Shown: positions 1 to 16,281 of the stretch, piece after piece | How positions within the stretch are numbered: position 1 is the first letter of the stretch | How the letters are laid out: the number at the start of each line of letters is the position of its first letter | NCBI GenBank assembly: GCA_040954595.2 | Contig: CM082579.2 | Coordinates: 4,639,227 to 4,703,226 of the forward strand | Reading direction: 5' to 3' | DNA length: 64,000 bases | DNA from: Balanoglossus misakiensis | Lineage: Eukaryota > Animalia > Hemichordata | Translations under genes and position numbers: made by a program | The notes under the pieces: model-generated | The model's database searches: none | Seen by the model: the letters and a program-made list of their open reading frames with translations, nothing else | What the model was told of the DNA's origin: nothing

Positions 1-135
1 TGTGACTGTGATAAATGGGACTGTCTTAGTGTTGCTCAATGTAATCCTATGGAAAAAGGACACACATGCACTGTTTATGTTCTGCGCATACATCCTTAAG
101 TACATATCTTTTCCTTTATCTTTCGCATTCCTCAG

Positions 136-1979
136 ATTCAGAAGGTACTGGTACTGCAGAAAGTTCACTCGATAATAAAGCCCCACAACAGCATGTCAGC
201 CCAGCTGAGGGATCGCCTCAACAGGATGCGGCCGTGCAGCAGCAGCTGTCTGAATTATCTACGGGCGAAGCATCTGCAGAGGAGACATTGCAGCAGCATC
301 AGGCCCAGGAAAGGGCGGAACATTCTGAGTCAGAGACATCTGGGAAAGAGTACAGCGGAACTGCAGATCGTGACAGTACAAAACAATGTGAATGTAAAGG
401 CATTGGCAAATGTGCAACATGTAGGGTTCTTCCGGAGACCCCGTCAAAGGTACATCCCAGAGGAAAGGCGTTTGAGTGCAACGAGTGTGGCAAATGCTTC
501 AAGGAGAGTTCGGATCTCGATACTCACTTAACGCAACATATGCAAGAAAACTTAAAGTCGTTTCAATGCGAAGTGTGCGGCAAACGATTTAAAGAGAGTA
601 AGGATCTTGAAACCCACTCGAAGAAACATACCAAGAAAAAGCCGTTCAAAGAGAAGTCTGACCTGGAGACCCATTCGAAGAGACATTCTGATGAAAAGTC
701 ATTTACGTGTCAAGTGTGCGGGAAAGCTTTTAAACGCAGTGCCAGTCTCCAGAGACATTCCAAAACGCACGTTACTGAGGCGCCGACTGAGCCCCAAGCA
801 AGCGATGAAATTTCAAGCGTGAAAACTTCACAGGAGGAACATGCAAGTGAAGAGAAGTTGGAGTGTCAAGAATGCGGCAAATGTTTTGCTGACAGTTCGG
901 GTCTGAAAAGTCATTCAGCAATCCACGCCAATGAACGGCCGTTCAGGTGCAAAGATTGCGGTAAAACCTTCAAGCGCAGCTCGTGTCTGAAAGTCCACGC
1001 AGCCACTCACTCAGACAAAACGCCGTTTGCCTGCGAGGTATGCGGCGTGTCTTTCAAAAAGAACTACGTTCTGAAGTGCCACATGAAGACGCACACCAAC
1101 GAAAAGCCTTTCCCGTGCGATGTCTGCGGCAAGTCTTTCACCCGCAGCTTCGACTTGAAAGTCCACGCGCAGACACACACGAGCGAAAGACCCTTCGAGT
1201 GCAAAGTGTGCGGCAAGACGTTCAGCCTGAGCTCGTATCTGAGGACGCACATGAAAGTTCACACGCACGGAAAGCCTCACGAGTGCAAAGCGTGCGGCAA
1301 GTTCTTCTCCCGCAAGTACAACCTGAAGACTCACTCGAGGATACACGCCGATGAAAAGCCATTTGTCTGCGAGGAGTGCGGCAAGAGTTTCCCGGACGGC
1401 GCCGGTCTGAAGACGCACTCCATCATCCACACCGACGAACGCCCGTTCGAGTGCGCGGTGTGCCAGAAGCGGTTCCGCTGGAGCTCCTACCTCAACACGC
1501 ACCTGAAGATTCACACCAACGAGAAGGCCCACCAGTGCGAGGTGTGCGGCAAGCGCTTCACCCAGACCTCGCACCTGCGCATCCACGCCAAAATCCACTC
1601 GGAGGAGAAACCCCACCAGTGCGAGGTGTGCGGGAAGTGTTTCCAGCAGCGCTTCCACCTCAAGTCGCACCTGCTCGTCCACTCCGACAAGAAAGCGTTC
1701 GAGTGCAAAGTCTGCGGCAAGCTCTTCCGCTACAGCTCGAACCTGAAATCCCACGCCGTCATGCACACGGACGAGAAGCCCTTCGGGTGCAAAGTGTGCG
1801 GCAGGCGTTTCACGTGGAGCTCCAATCTACAAAGCCACTTGAAGACGCACACAACAGCAGCAGGGAAAAAGCACCCGGAAAGGGGCCTTGCATCCTCTGC
1901 CAGTCCGGAAGGTGATTTGGGGTCATCTTCCAATCTGAGTTCGTATCCTGTATTCCCAAATGATCTAATGCCATATTAG
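136..1979 (+). CDS. C2H2 (Kruppel-type) multi-zinc-finger protein, large terminal coding exon; upstream exons lie outside the window
   Basis: ORF 66..1979 holds 15 intact CxxC-x12-HxxxH fingers with TNEKPF/TDERPF-type linkers plus one half finger. A polypyrimidine tract and CAG acceptor end at 135, so the ORF-track Met at 66 is probably intronic. Stop TAG at 1977-1979. Confidence 0.93.
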
Positions 1980-2403
1980 ATTTTTGGAATGTATGTAAAC
2001 TTGTAGACCTTACTGACACTACATGTAGTCGTAAAATTTATTTCATTTCTGCAGCTTTGTAGTTCAAATATTTATCATGTTGAGAAAAGTAACAATTGTG
2101 AAATTAATCGTAATGTTTAATTGTCGAATTATAGCTACCCATGTTTATAGTAATATTTTAAACCATTTAAACTGAGTGTCAACAATTTGGTGCAACCCGG
2201 TTTTGCAGTATCCATGCTCCGGGTTGTATGTTGACAACGATTATCGCATCTTTCGTCCAGTAGTGACATTAAACGAAAGCAAATTTCTGTATACATTGAT
2301 GTATGTATTGATATATAGCGTAGTTATTTATTAAAATGTTGCTCACAATATAGATTGAGTAAAACAAAAGAACTGCAGTTTCCTGTGTGTTATTATCATC
2401 TTG

Positions 2404-2423
2404 TATGTATGTATGTATGTATG
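2404..2423. repeat. (TATG)5 microsatellite
   Basis: tatgtatgtatgtatgtatg read directly. Confidence 0.85.
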
Positions 2424-2596
2424 AAGGCATTGACTTCCACAAGAAAGGAGTACAGGCCGACTGAAGGACTTATTAAAATTCCCCATGGAGGAACTTAACA
2501 CATCATCTTAAAAGATTGCATACACCAGTTATATTGAGAAGACAAATAAAAAACAGCATACTGAGTCACAAATACTGCATCAGCCGAATGTGGTCG

Positions 2597-7120
<4,524 letters not shown>

Positions 7121-8179
7121 TTTGAATGTTGCATCCTGGGTGGCTAAGGGTAAATCGAGGACACGACGAGGACAATTTTTAAGGGACTTCCAATTACTGG
7201 CAAGGGGTGGGCCGACAGAATTTGGGAAATGGCGAGATCGATTCCGGGGCTCAATTTATTGCTGTTCTGGCGTTCTTTCGTGAATCAGGCTCGATGGTTT
7301 TGCTTTCTTTAAATATGGTTTCGGTCGGGGCAGCCCAAAAGAAAGTTCTTGTAGTGTTCCAGATTATTGGCCGAAGACAACGCCCTCAAGGATCGCTGAG
7401 GTTGTTTATTCTGTTTTCATCATTATCAACTGGATGTGGATGTGGATGTGTGAAACTTCATAACAGCACTGACCCGGCCTTCTACCCACTGCTACAACGT
7501 CACGACAAAACAGGGAAACACGCCTGTGCTGTGAGGCATACTTAACGACATGGCCTCAATGGCGTCAAGTTGAAAAGCGCTATAGGCCTAACTGTAAACA
7601 GCTTCAACAAACGAACCCAACGCCTGCCGTCCATGACCGATCCGTGTCATTGCCGTACCGCACGCACGTGCATTGTTCAACACAAAACATATAGAGATAA
7701 CGGACATCCCATGGTGCGGAAATAATACACAGTGCGGCCAGAAAATGAGAAAGGGGGTTTGTTCTCTATTCTTAACACCGGCCCGAACAATATCTCTACA
7801 GTCTTCAGGCAAGAAATACATTGAAACTTTAATTCAATACATATATACCTCGAGCGATGAAAAGGCTCTCTTTTCGAATTCTATAAATCGCCTTGTGTGT
7901 TAAAAAAAGTGTGATTGACGATTCCACACTTATTGAATGGTGAAATCGACGAGACAATGTATGAAAGGTTTCTAACGGATCCTTAGTAGGTTTTTGAAGA
8001 ATGCCCGACTACTTCACGTAACAAGTTTTTCTAAGTGACTTTCAAAGCAAACTTACTTACGACAGTATAATATGTCTGTGTCTAAGGTTTTTTTCGCTGC
8101 GAAGTAATTAAGTTCTACTGACGCAAGACTCTTAAAACTGGGAGGAGCGACGAGGCATGTGCGCGCGTGGGAACGCAGT

Positions 8180-8192
8180 GTTGCTCGGCAAC
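8180..8192. promoter_or_regulatory. RFX X-box-like palindrome GTTGCTCGGCAAC
   Basis: Close match to the X-box consensus GTNRCC-N0-3-RGYAAC; motif match only. Confidence 0.4.
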
Positions 8193-8707
8193 GACCCCTC
8201 TGCAGAAAGCATGGCCCGGTCAGCGCCCGTCCCTACACACGCGTGCATAGATACGACCCCGTTGCCCCATTGCCTGGATGAGCCCACAGTCCAATCAACG
8301 ATCGGCTGGAGATATCTCGAAGGACAGCCCGGCCCCAGAGTGCAAAACACTTGTAGGTCTTCTGGTTGTGATTTCTGTTGGCTCAATGATATTTGCACGC
8401 CCTTTCTATTGACAAGAATCCACTTGAGTTTTCTAAAGTGATAGTTGATGAGGTTGTTCTTCGAGTATATTGTTAAAAATCAGTACACAAAACAAGCGGT
8501 CGGTCGTCAAATTCCACAAAGCTATGTGTCAAGTACGTACGTACACCCCAAGCAGTGAAAACACGGTCGCATGATCCCGCTGCAACGTAACTGTACTTTC
8601 CGATGACCTTGACATTTCTGTGTTACTGATTTCCTCTGTCAACTGCAGACCACATTCTTAATAGTAGTTTTGCCACAGTAAGTTTTCTCTTACTTCCTGA
8701 CAGTCCT

Positions 8708-8724
8708 GATGATGATGATGATGC

Positions 8725-8790
<66 letters not shown>
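8708..8790. repeat. (GAT)n trinucleotide microsatellite with one interruption
   Basis: Run of gatgatgat... read directly; source of the spurious poly-His ORF 8623..8811. Confidence 0.97.
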
Positions 8791-9265
8791 GGGGTGAGGG
8801 AAACAAAACACTTTTTAACCAAAAAAGTGGCATTGTTTAAATTCTAATGGCTCGGGTCGCTAGGGGTCATTTCAGGTGGAGATAGCGATTTGATTGATCC
8901 GGCTCCTCATTACAAACCCATTTATCAAAATTCCGTGTCTGTATATGTGGTCTCGCCTTTCGCGATCTCCTCTGGCAATGTGCTGTGTTATTTGTTTGGT
9001 TTGCTCGTTTCATTTCCCCGCGAGGAGCGTTCCAAACCGCAAGCTAACGCGGACAGCACGGACGAATGGTAGCCCGTCAACTTGACTAGGGAGACACATT
9101 AGCTCTTGTTTTGCCGCTCGGAGTACAGCGCACGAGGAAATCCCACCAGCAGTTGTTCTTAGGTGCTGAAGTGAACAAAGAGTAGAAAATGGGAAATTAT
9201 CACCGCTTCATCGGTAAGTGTTCTTATTCAAAGGCCTTCTCTGCGGGTAATCATTGTCTCCATTG

Positions 9266-9543
9266 GATGCCATGACAACCGCGGGTATTGTTACTTTTAA
9301 TTAACTCCGCCAACATTATTTCTAGAACAATCAAGCTCAGGTGGTTCATGGGATGACGCTGGTCGCCATTGTGCAGAACATTTTTCGCTCTTTTCAGTCC
9401 TGCTCGATACTTTTTGTTCGGCCGTTACTTCACGGCCCGTCGGCTGAAACTCAATACGCCGACGTGATCGCCCCGTGTTTTTTCATTAACCAGCCGCGAG
9501 CCGCGTTGGAATTTCTGACCGCCGAAGTGGTTGCCATGGCAAA
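9266..9543. promoter_or_regulatory. Pair of X-box-like motifs (GATGCCATGACAAC 9266-9279; GTTGCCATGGCAAA 9530-9543)
   Basis: Two and one mismatches respectively from the ideal GTTGCCATGGCAAC, in CpG-rich sequence next to consensus splice donors. Confidence 0.4.
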
Positions 9544-11598
9544 AGGCATCCGATTGAAGAGAGCCATTGAAACTGAAGCAGTTATGAGTGACCCCTGACC
9601 TTGTACAGCGGAGGGCATTTGTGGTTGCTGACAGGCAATTGTCCCAGGCGGTTTAACACGTTATACGCGATTTTTCGTGTGTCATTGTTACATCCCAGGC
9701 ATAGTGGAAGTTGAAAAACAGATTCTTTGGGGGTCGGTAGTCGCTGACCTCGGGGCAGGACTGAAAATAGCCGAGACCGTTCCGCGAGAAAGCTTGACAG
9801 AGACCAGGCCGCCAACTTGTCACCTGGGCTGTGTGTTCCCAAGAGAAGCGACCTATAGGCCCTACACCGGTAAGTTTTATGTCAGGACAACTGTAGAGTT
9901 TAATGCGTTAAAACGTTTTAGTGCCTAGGGCAGCCCTGGCCTTCCGTTTTCTGTTTCAGCTGTTTTCCGTTCAACACGTACGCTCGTTGACAACCGCGCT
10001 ATTTGAGCGGTTGCGCTGCAACCCCGGGGTTGACACCGAACTGGTGGCAGCATATCCGCGCAAAAGTGTCTGGAGCGGTTGTTAACACGTACACGATGCT
10101 TGTCACCCGACACTCGACATCATCAACAAACGATACCGCGAAACACAGTGTGCGGACCATACAACCGTGTTTACTACAACGTCGAACAAGTTCTCCGAGT
10201 TGTCAGTGAAACAGGCTAGGCTATTGACGACCACGCTGTACGGAACAAGAGACGATTGTTCGGCTATCCGCACAGAGCAAACATAATTTTTTTTCTACGT
10301 ATCCCATTCATATTTGTTTGTATTTAAACAGAGTTGGACTTCGCTGTCGTAACTTTTTGGTGTCAGCAAACATAGGCGCGGACGACGACGTTTTGATAAA
10401 CATTTAACTGTAACGGTGAAATCCAGCGTGAAGTGACGCACCTATATAGGTTTGAAAGGACAGTTACGTGGGGTCTGTTGCGCCTTTAGTCGTTTCTTCG
10501 ACTTCATTAATGTGTAAATTAAGAAGTGGGCCTTACGAGCTAACGCGTTCTGGACCGTGTCATTTACCTCCAAAGCGACAGGTTGATTTTTTATTGACCG
10601 ACGACTGGATTGGTTGGCGATATACCGCAATATAGACGTACTCAGGATATTAACCACGGAGCCAACATACCACGGTGAGTCGATGAGTGACTCGCTCCCG
10701 GCTGCTTTCTCTCCCCTTGTGGTATGAACGGTCGAAGGCCCACCCCCATCCCCACTGTGTTTTCAAAGGGAATCGTAGCGACCCAGGAGTAACGACTGCC
10801 GGACTCAATTTCGGGGACTAGATCTGGATACAACTTGAAGTATAGATACAGGTACACACTTAGCGTTCATGGTTACGGAGTGGCCTTCTTCAATTTTTCC
10901 AAATTTCACTTGTGCATTACAGGTTACACTGACTGACGACAGACTCTCTTGGTGTTATACGCGTCATCGCCGTCGTTGCTGGCGGCCGACGAGAAAACAA
11001 AAATGGACAACGAGTCGGGAGCCTTCCACGCTCGCTTCCGGAGATGGTGGCAAGAAGGGGGAAAATCGAAAATGGAAGAAGGTAAAGTTCTTTGATTTTC
11101 GTGTTGTCCTGTAATTTTATTCTGTGTTTCCACTAAGCAAGAAGCAGTTTCTTGTTCTACTCCGTACAACATATTGTCATGTCTAGTGTTCAGCTAGTCG
11201 TCACCATATCATTAAATCGCCATAGAAACGCATAAATGCGGGATTCCGTCGGCATTTAAATAACTCGTCTGCTGTTGTCACGATATGATACCGCATAACA
11301 CTCCGCCTTAATATTTAATAGATTCTCTCACACGCCGCATCGAGTTTTAAGTCACACGTCGACAGTGAAATAAAAACCTTAAACCCAATACCAACTGGGA
11401 TATGGGGTTTATCAAAGCGACGCTGTACCGTCGGGCGCGTGATCCGCAGCGAAAGGCATCCATCAAAAACTGCCACTAAATGCGTGTTTGTAATTACCCT
11501 ACCCTCCGGACGGCTGATCCGAATTCCAGCTTCAAAGAATGCGACGCCTTCGTATCACGTAAACTGAGAGACGTCGGCTATATTCGGCGCTCCGGTGG

Positions 11599-11610
11599 CG
11601 TGACGTCACG
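11599..11610. promoter_or_regulatory. Full CRE palindrome CGTGACGTCACG
   Basis: TGACGTCA core extended to a 12-bp perfect palindrome; motif match only. Confidence 0.4.
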
Positions 11611-14600
11611 ATACTATAGCGGTGCGGGAGGTATTCTTTTGATAACCTAAGACACGAGACTGTCCCCGCTCGTCTAAATGGAAATTTTATCCGCCTGATT
11701 TCTTATTTTAATCGTCCTGGGGCTTTTGAGTTGTATGCAGGCAGTCAATATTTAGATAAACGTGTTATACTGTATCTGACCTGTTTCCCGCAAAAGTCGG
11801 ACAAGTTGAGAAGACACGTCACATTTTCTCGGCAAAATTTAGATCCATCCGAGAATTACGCGAATTTCAAATTCAAAAACTTAAACGACAAGAAACACGA
11901 AATAGAACTTTTAAGACTTTTGACTCCGCTTCCGGTGCAGTGAGGCTCAACGCCCATCGCTTTAGACCGCGGTTCGCATCGTCAGAATTGTGAACTATAT
12001 AGGTTACAAACGGTCGTGCATGTAATTGTTTCCGTGCAGACCTTGGGAGACCCACCATTTTGATACGGAATGAAAACCTGAACAATGGATATTAAATATT
12101 GACAGTCTCTCGACAACAAGCACAACAACAACAGCAACAACTCCAGACAGGTGATTCTTTTGTAAACATACCACGCTATATATATCTGTCTTTGGAATCC
12201 CAATATTGACCGTCGTCACCATTGAAGTACTAATCAAATTTGCCAATGTGACGGTGCATGTAACCGCAGGGACATTGGAGCGTACAGACAGCCCACGGGT
12301 GTCTGGGTTATTTTGCCATTAACGTGTTAATAAGAATTTCTGTAATGGACATTTAATCAGTAGAGGGGGAGAAATAATGCATCATTTGCATGCAGCCCGA
12401 TCCGCGGTTACATAATATTAATAAGAAAATGCCTTAATGAAATTATTCCCCGCAGTTAACATCAATATCAGGACAAATAATCAGATATTCGCCGAAATTC
12501 AGAAATATATAATGTACCAACGAATATGGCATAGCTAGCTGTCAGCAAAGTCTGCACTAGTGAACAGCGCCGTGTTTGAAGAACGGTCAGAACAATGTAC
12601 GCTCGCTGCAATGGAACTTCGCAACACGCAGCATCAACAGTATTGCTGTGCTTTCGCAAGTTCCCTTGAATTGAATGGATGGTCAATTATCTCCCCTCAT
12701 TCATGTCAATGACCCCTTGCGGTTACGGGTTTAAGGGAAAACAAGCGCCAATTAAAGCTCGCTCAATTTTGATCCCCCTCCCCGGGTTAACTGGAAATCC
12801 GTCATAGTGTAGCCAGAAACTGCTCAGAGCGTGCGGATTTTGTTTGCTTAGATGCATGTAAGCTGAGAACTTGATGGACAAAGACCAAGATCTTCTTTCA
12901 CGCCCCCGCGGTACCAGGGGAGTGTACACCCTGCAGGGCCGGGGAAGAATTCGCAAAGTGTTTCGCTGCAACTAGGTCCAAACACGCAGAGACAACACTT
13001 TCTCTTTTTAGTTATCTGTGGCCAAAGTTTCATTTTGTCAAGATACCGCTTATCAGACAACCACGTCATCGCAAGTAGCCTTAGAAAGTAGTAACAACAC
13101 ATCTAATAATTAACATAGCCGTACTTAAAAATAAAACAGGAACTGGTTGGTAAGGAATGTAAAAGAAATGTGTCGTTATATGTCATGTTACTATTACAAG
13201 CGATATCTTGTGTAGTTTGCTAACCATAGGAGAAATTCCGATGTGGTTTGTTTATAAAACATGGATAAATATTAATATTAACAAGATAAATCTTCCACGG
13301 TCTGTGGCAGATCAGGAACTGGCGCAATATGTGTGCAAATTTCGTGCTCGATTTCAACTTTGCTGACAATAATGACAGTCATCCCGAAAATCTGTTATCT
13401 TTTAGCTATTTCATTGAGTTCAATTGTCGTGTCTGAACGGCTTATCACTAGACTCTGGGCCAAAAGCTTCGTACGAAGTGAACACTGAGGGCGTTATTAC
13501 ACTCAGAGGAGAAGTCGTTCCATTCCAGGTTGAGGGTTCCGACCCTTTAGCCATAGTCTTCCGTAAAAAAAAAGAAATGTACAGTAACTAATTGGTAAAC
13601 TATTGTGCAACGTGACATCACTCCGGATCGACGAACACTGATGCAATAGTCACTGAGGCCTGTAGAGACCATTGTGTTTGACTAATCGACATGTGCAACT
13701 TTGAGCTCCCCCATGGTATTGGATTTGAATTCCTAACGCAAAGAATGCGTATGGTAGATCTAGACTACAATGCGTGCTTTCTCCCAGAAAAGTGACAATC
13801 ATTTGAAACTGGCTAGTGTTGCCATAGTCAAGTTTGTTTGGGAAGATTAACAAACTAAAGCGAAAGTCTATAGCTCTTATTTTCTGGTTGCCATATTGGA
13901 TTTCAAATGATTGGTCGAGGACTGCATTGTTGTTCTATGCATGTACATTCAAACAACGTGCAGACTGTTTCTGATTACACATTCCCTGTTGCCAAAAGAC
14001 AAAACTACACAAGAGACTTATGCGCAGAGCACGGACAAAATAAGTTGAAGAGTTTCATTTCCATGCGCTCACTTCGCTAATGCGACTGGCCATAATTTAT
14101 TTATGTCCACTTCCCTTGGAAATTTAATGCAAGCACCTGCTTGTAACTCGCGTAACGTATTAAAATTCGACACTGGCTGCGGCGGCGAGTTGTCGCCGTC
14201 TCTCGCTGACATAACCTCGGGCTGTAAACAAGAAGCCCGGACGGAGAGTGTAGCGTCTTCTGGGACTGATAAGTATGACTGCTTGATGTTGTACGTCGAA
14301 CGATGATATCCCTTCCAGGGTTATTTCGCGCCGAGGAGAAAGGTACGTTGATCAGGTTGTCGCCTGTTTAGATGAATTTTGAACCATTCCCTGGCGCTGA
14401 GCCGAACCCAGGGCGTTGACTAATGGAGCTGACAATCGTAGGGCGCAGTTGTTTTCGTTGCTGTTAATTTATGCGTTGTTAAGCACAACTACGATTGACA
14501 ATTAACGTTTCGCCTGACACTGGCATTTTTTTCTGATTATCGTGGCAGTGGGGGAGTCCGCGTCGACACCGTTACGGTTCATGACCGTGCTCAGAATTAA

Positions 14601-14854
14601 TTTGCATCATTGAGTTTAGCTGTTCATCTGGATCAATAAGCATAAACCATTCACGAGAAAACTCCACTGTGTATACTATGATTTCAAACCATTCTCGTTG
14701 TACGGTGTAAAACATCTACATGTATATGCCTTTCGGTTAGCTTGAACGCAAGACCCAAACTGACACACGTTTGTTTAGAGGACAATAAATCCAAACTTCT
14801 TTAAAAATTAATGAACCTCAAACAGAAAATTGAAGGGATAAAAAGCTCGTTTCC

Positions 14855-14887
14855 GTCACCAGGGGCAACGGACGCGCTCTCGCGAGA
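14855..14887. promoter_or_regulatory. X-box (GTCACCAGGGGCAAC) next to a TCTCGCGAGA (BANP-type) palindrome; candidate promoter element of CNBD paralog A
   Basis: Two promoter-type motifs 8 bp apart, about 1.4 kb upstream of ATG 16282. Confidence 0.45.
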
Positions 14888-16281
14888 CTCAGTCGAGACT
14901 TCTTTTGCTTTTCCGGCACGGAAGATTGTCCGAGTTGTGTCGTATATCACTGACATAATTCGACTTCTCCGCGTAATAAGACACTCGCATAATCATGCAA
15001 ATTTCCCCTGGGTAACATAATTGATTTGATGGAATATAAGAATTTCCCGTATTGTGTTTACTGCTAGTACTATATCGAAATATCGAGAGAAAAAATATTT
15101 GTTTCAATTGGTCATTGGTGGCGCTATACATGGTCCCCCGAGAGACGTAAAATGTATCCAGTCGACCTAACATTGGGTCATCAATCTATACCAACGCAAT
15201 TAAAATGGTTTAAAGGGTAGCGACCGTGATAGTCTGGCGGTCGTAATTCTGCCTTTTCTCCGATGGGGGCGGGTTTAATTAAGTTGGTGCCGAACGCCCA
15301 CCATTATTTGCCAGGTATTGCTGCACACTTTGCTTAACACTTCAACTAGTTTTGCGTGTAACCTTTAACTCGATAGTAATTAATAACCTCCCAAATGGCC
15401 GACGAAACAGGGTGAATCGATCGATAGTTTCTTGGCGTGGGTCTAATTCAAATTAATGTTATGCGCTGGCGCGGTCTGCCACTCAGATTCTTGGGCGTTA
15501 TCTCCAATCACACTCGCATACATACGTCTGGACCATTCCAACAGGTGTCTGCGTGTGGTGGTCGCGCAAACACCTCCCTAAACTTTTACAGCAATCCAAA
15601 ACTTTTTGGCTCTGCTAAGTCGCGTCTGTCTGGGTGTCTGCGACCAGTTCTGTCAATTATCAAGTCAACCGGCCGCTCGAGTTAATTGTGGTCAACTCGA
15701 CACTCTTTCTGTCCGGACTCTGTGTCCGTGTTTGTTACACCGACGCGAGGACATGCAACACCCGTTGACCCCGAGGCCCCAGCGTTAGCAACGACCCGTC
15801 CGGTGCCGCGGCCAGGTATTGTTGTCACGAAAGCGCCGGTGGTGTGAGTCGGCGCAAAACACCGGCTTATCGTGTTTCTCCTTTTCGACTCGTATATGTT
15901 TTGTATTTGGTGACAACAAACGCCATGATTAGACCGAACGTCGACTAAAGTGACATGTCTCCCGGACGCCTGTTGCCTCCACAACAATAGAGTTCACCTG
16001 TTGTAGTTGATTCTGACACGGTTCAGCGGTTGTTCATAGACCCGCGTCACCGATATCCTTCCTTCTCGTCCAAAGAGCGATTTATTTCAAAATCTAATTA
16101 CCGGGATCGTTTGACAATCTTGGGGAAGATATGTTTTCTCCCAGTTTAGAATAATTATCTCGCGATCTGTTTCGTAAACAAGCGCGTAAAGTACGCCGAT
16201 AAGACAAATAGCTTGCCTGAAGTTTTTGGTATTTTACACCTCATATTGTCGGCCGTCACGTAGTTCGGGGTTGTATACAAA

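Noticed and set aside
983-1915. Long alternative-frame and antisense ORFs over the zinc-finger exon (1011..1766 -, 1376..1915 +, 983..1354 +)
   Set aside because: Shadow ORFs expected from repetitive, GC3-rich codons; no protein-like features.
8623-8811. Poly-His ORF
   Set aside because: Translation of the (GAT)n microsatellite.
12852-13078. Acceptor-led frame DACKLRT-TGA-WTKTKIFF... open for 67 more codons (selenocysteine or read-through?)
   Set aside because: No selenoprotein-like motif and no SECIS that I could identify; the length is within chance.
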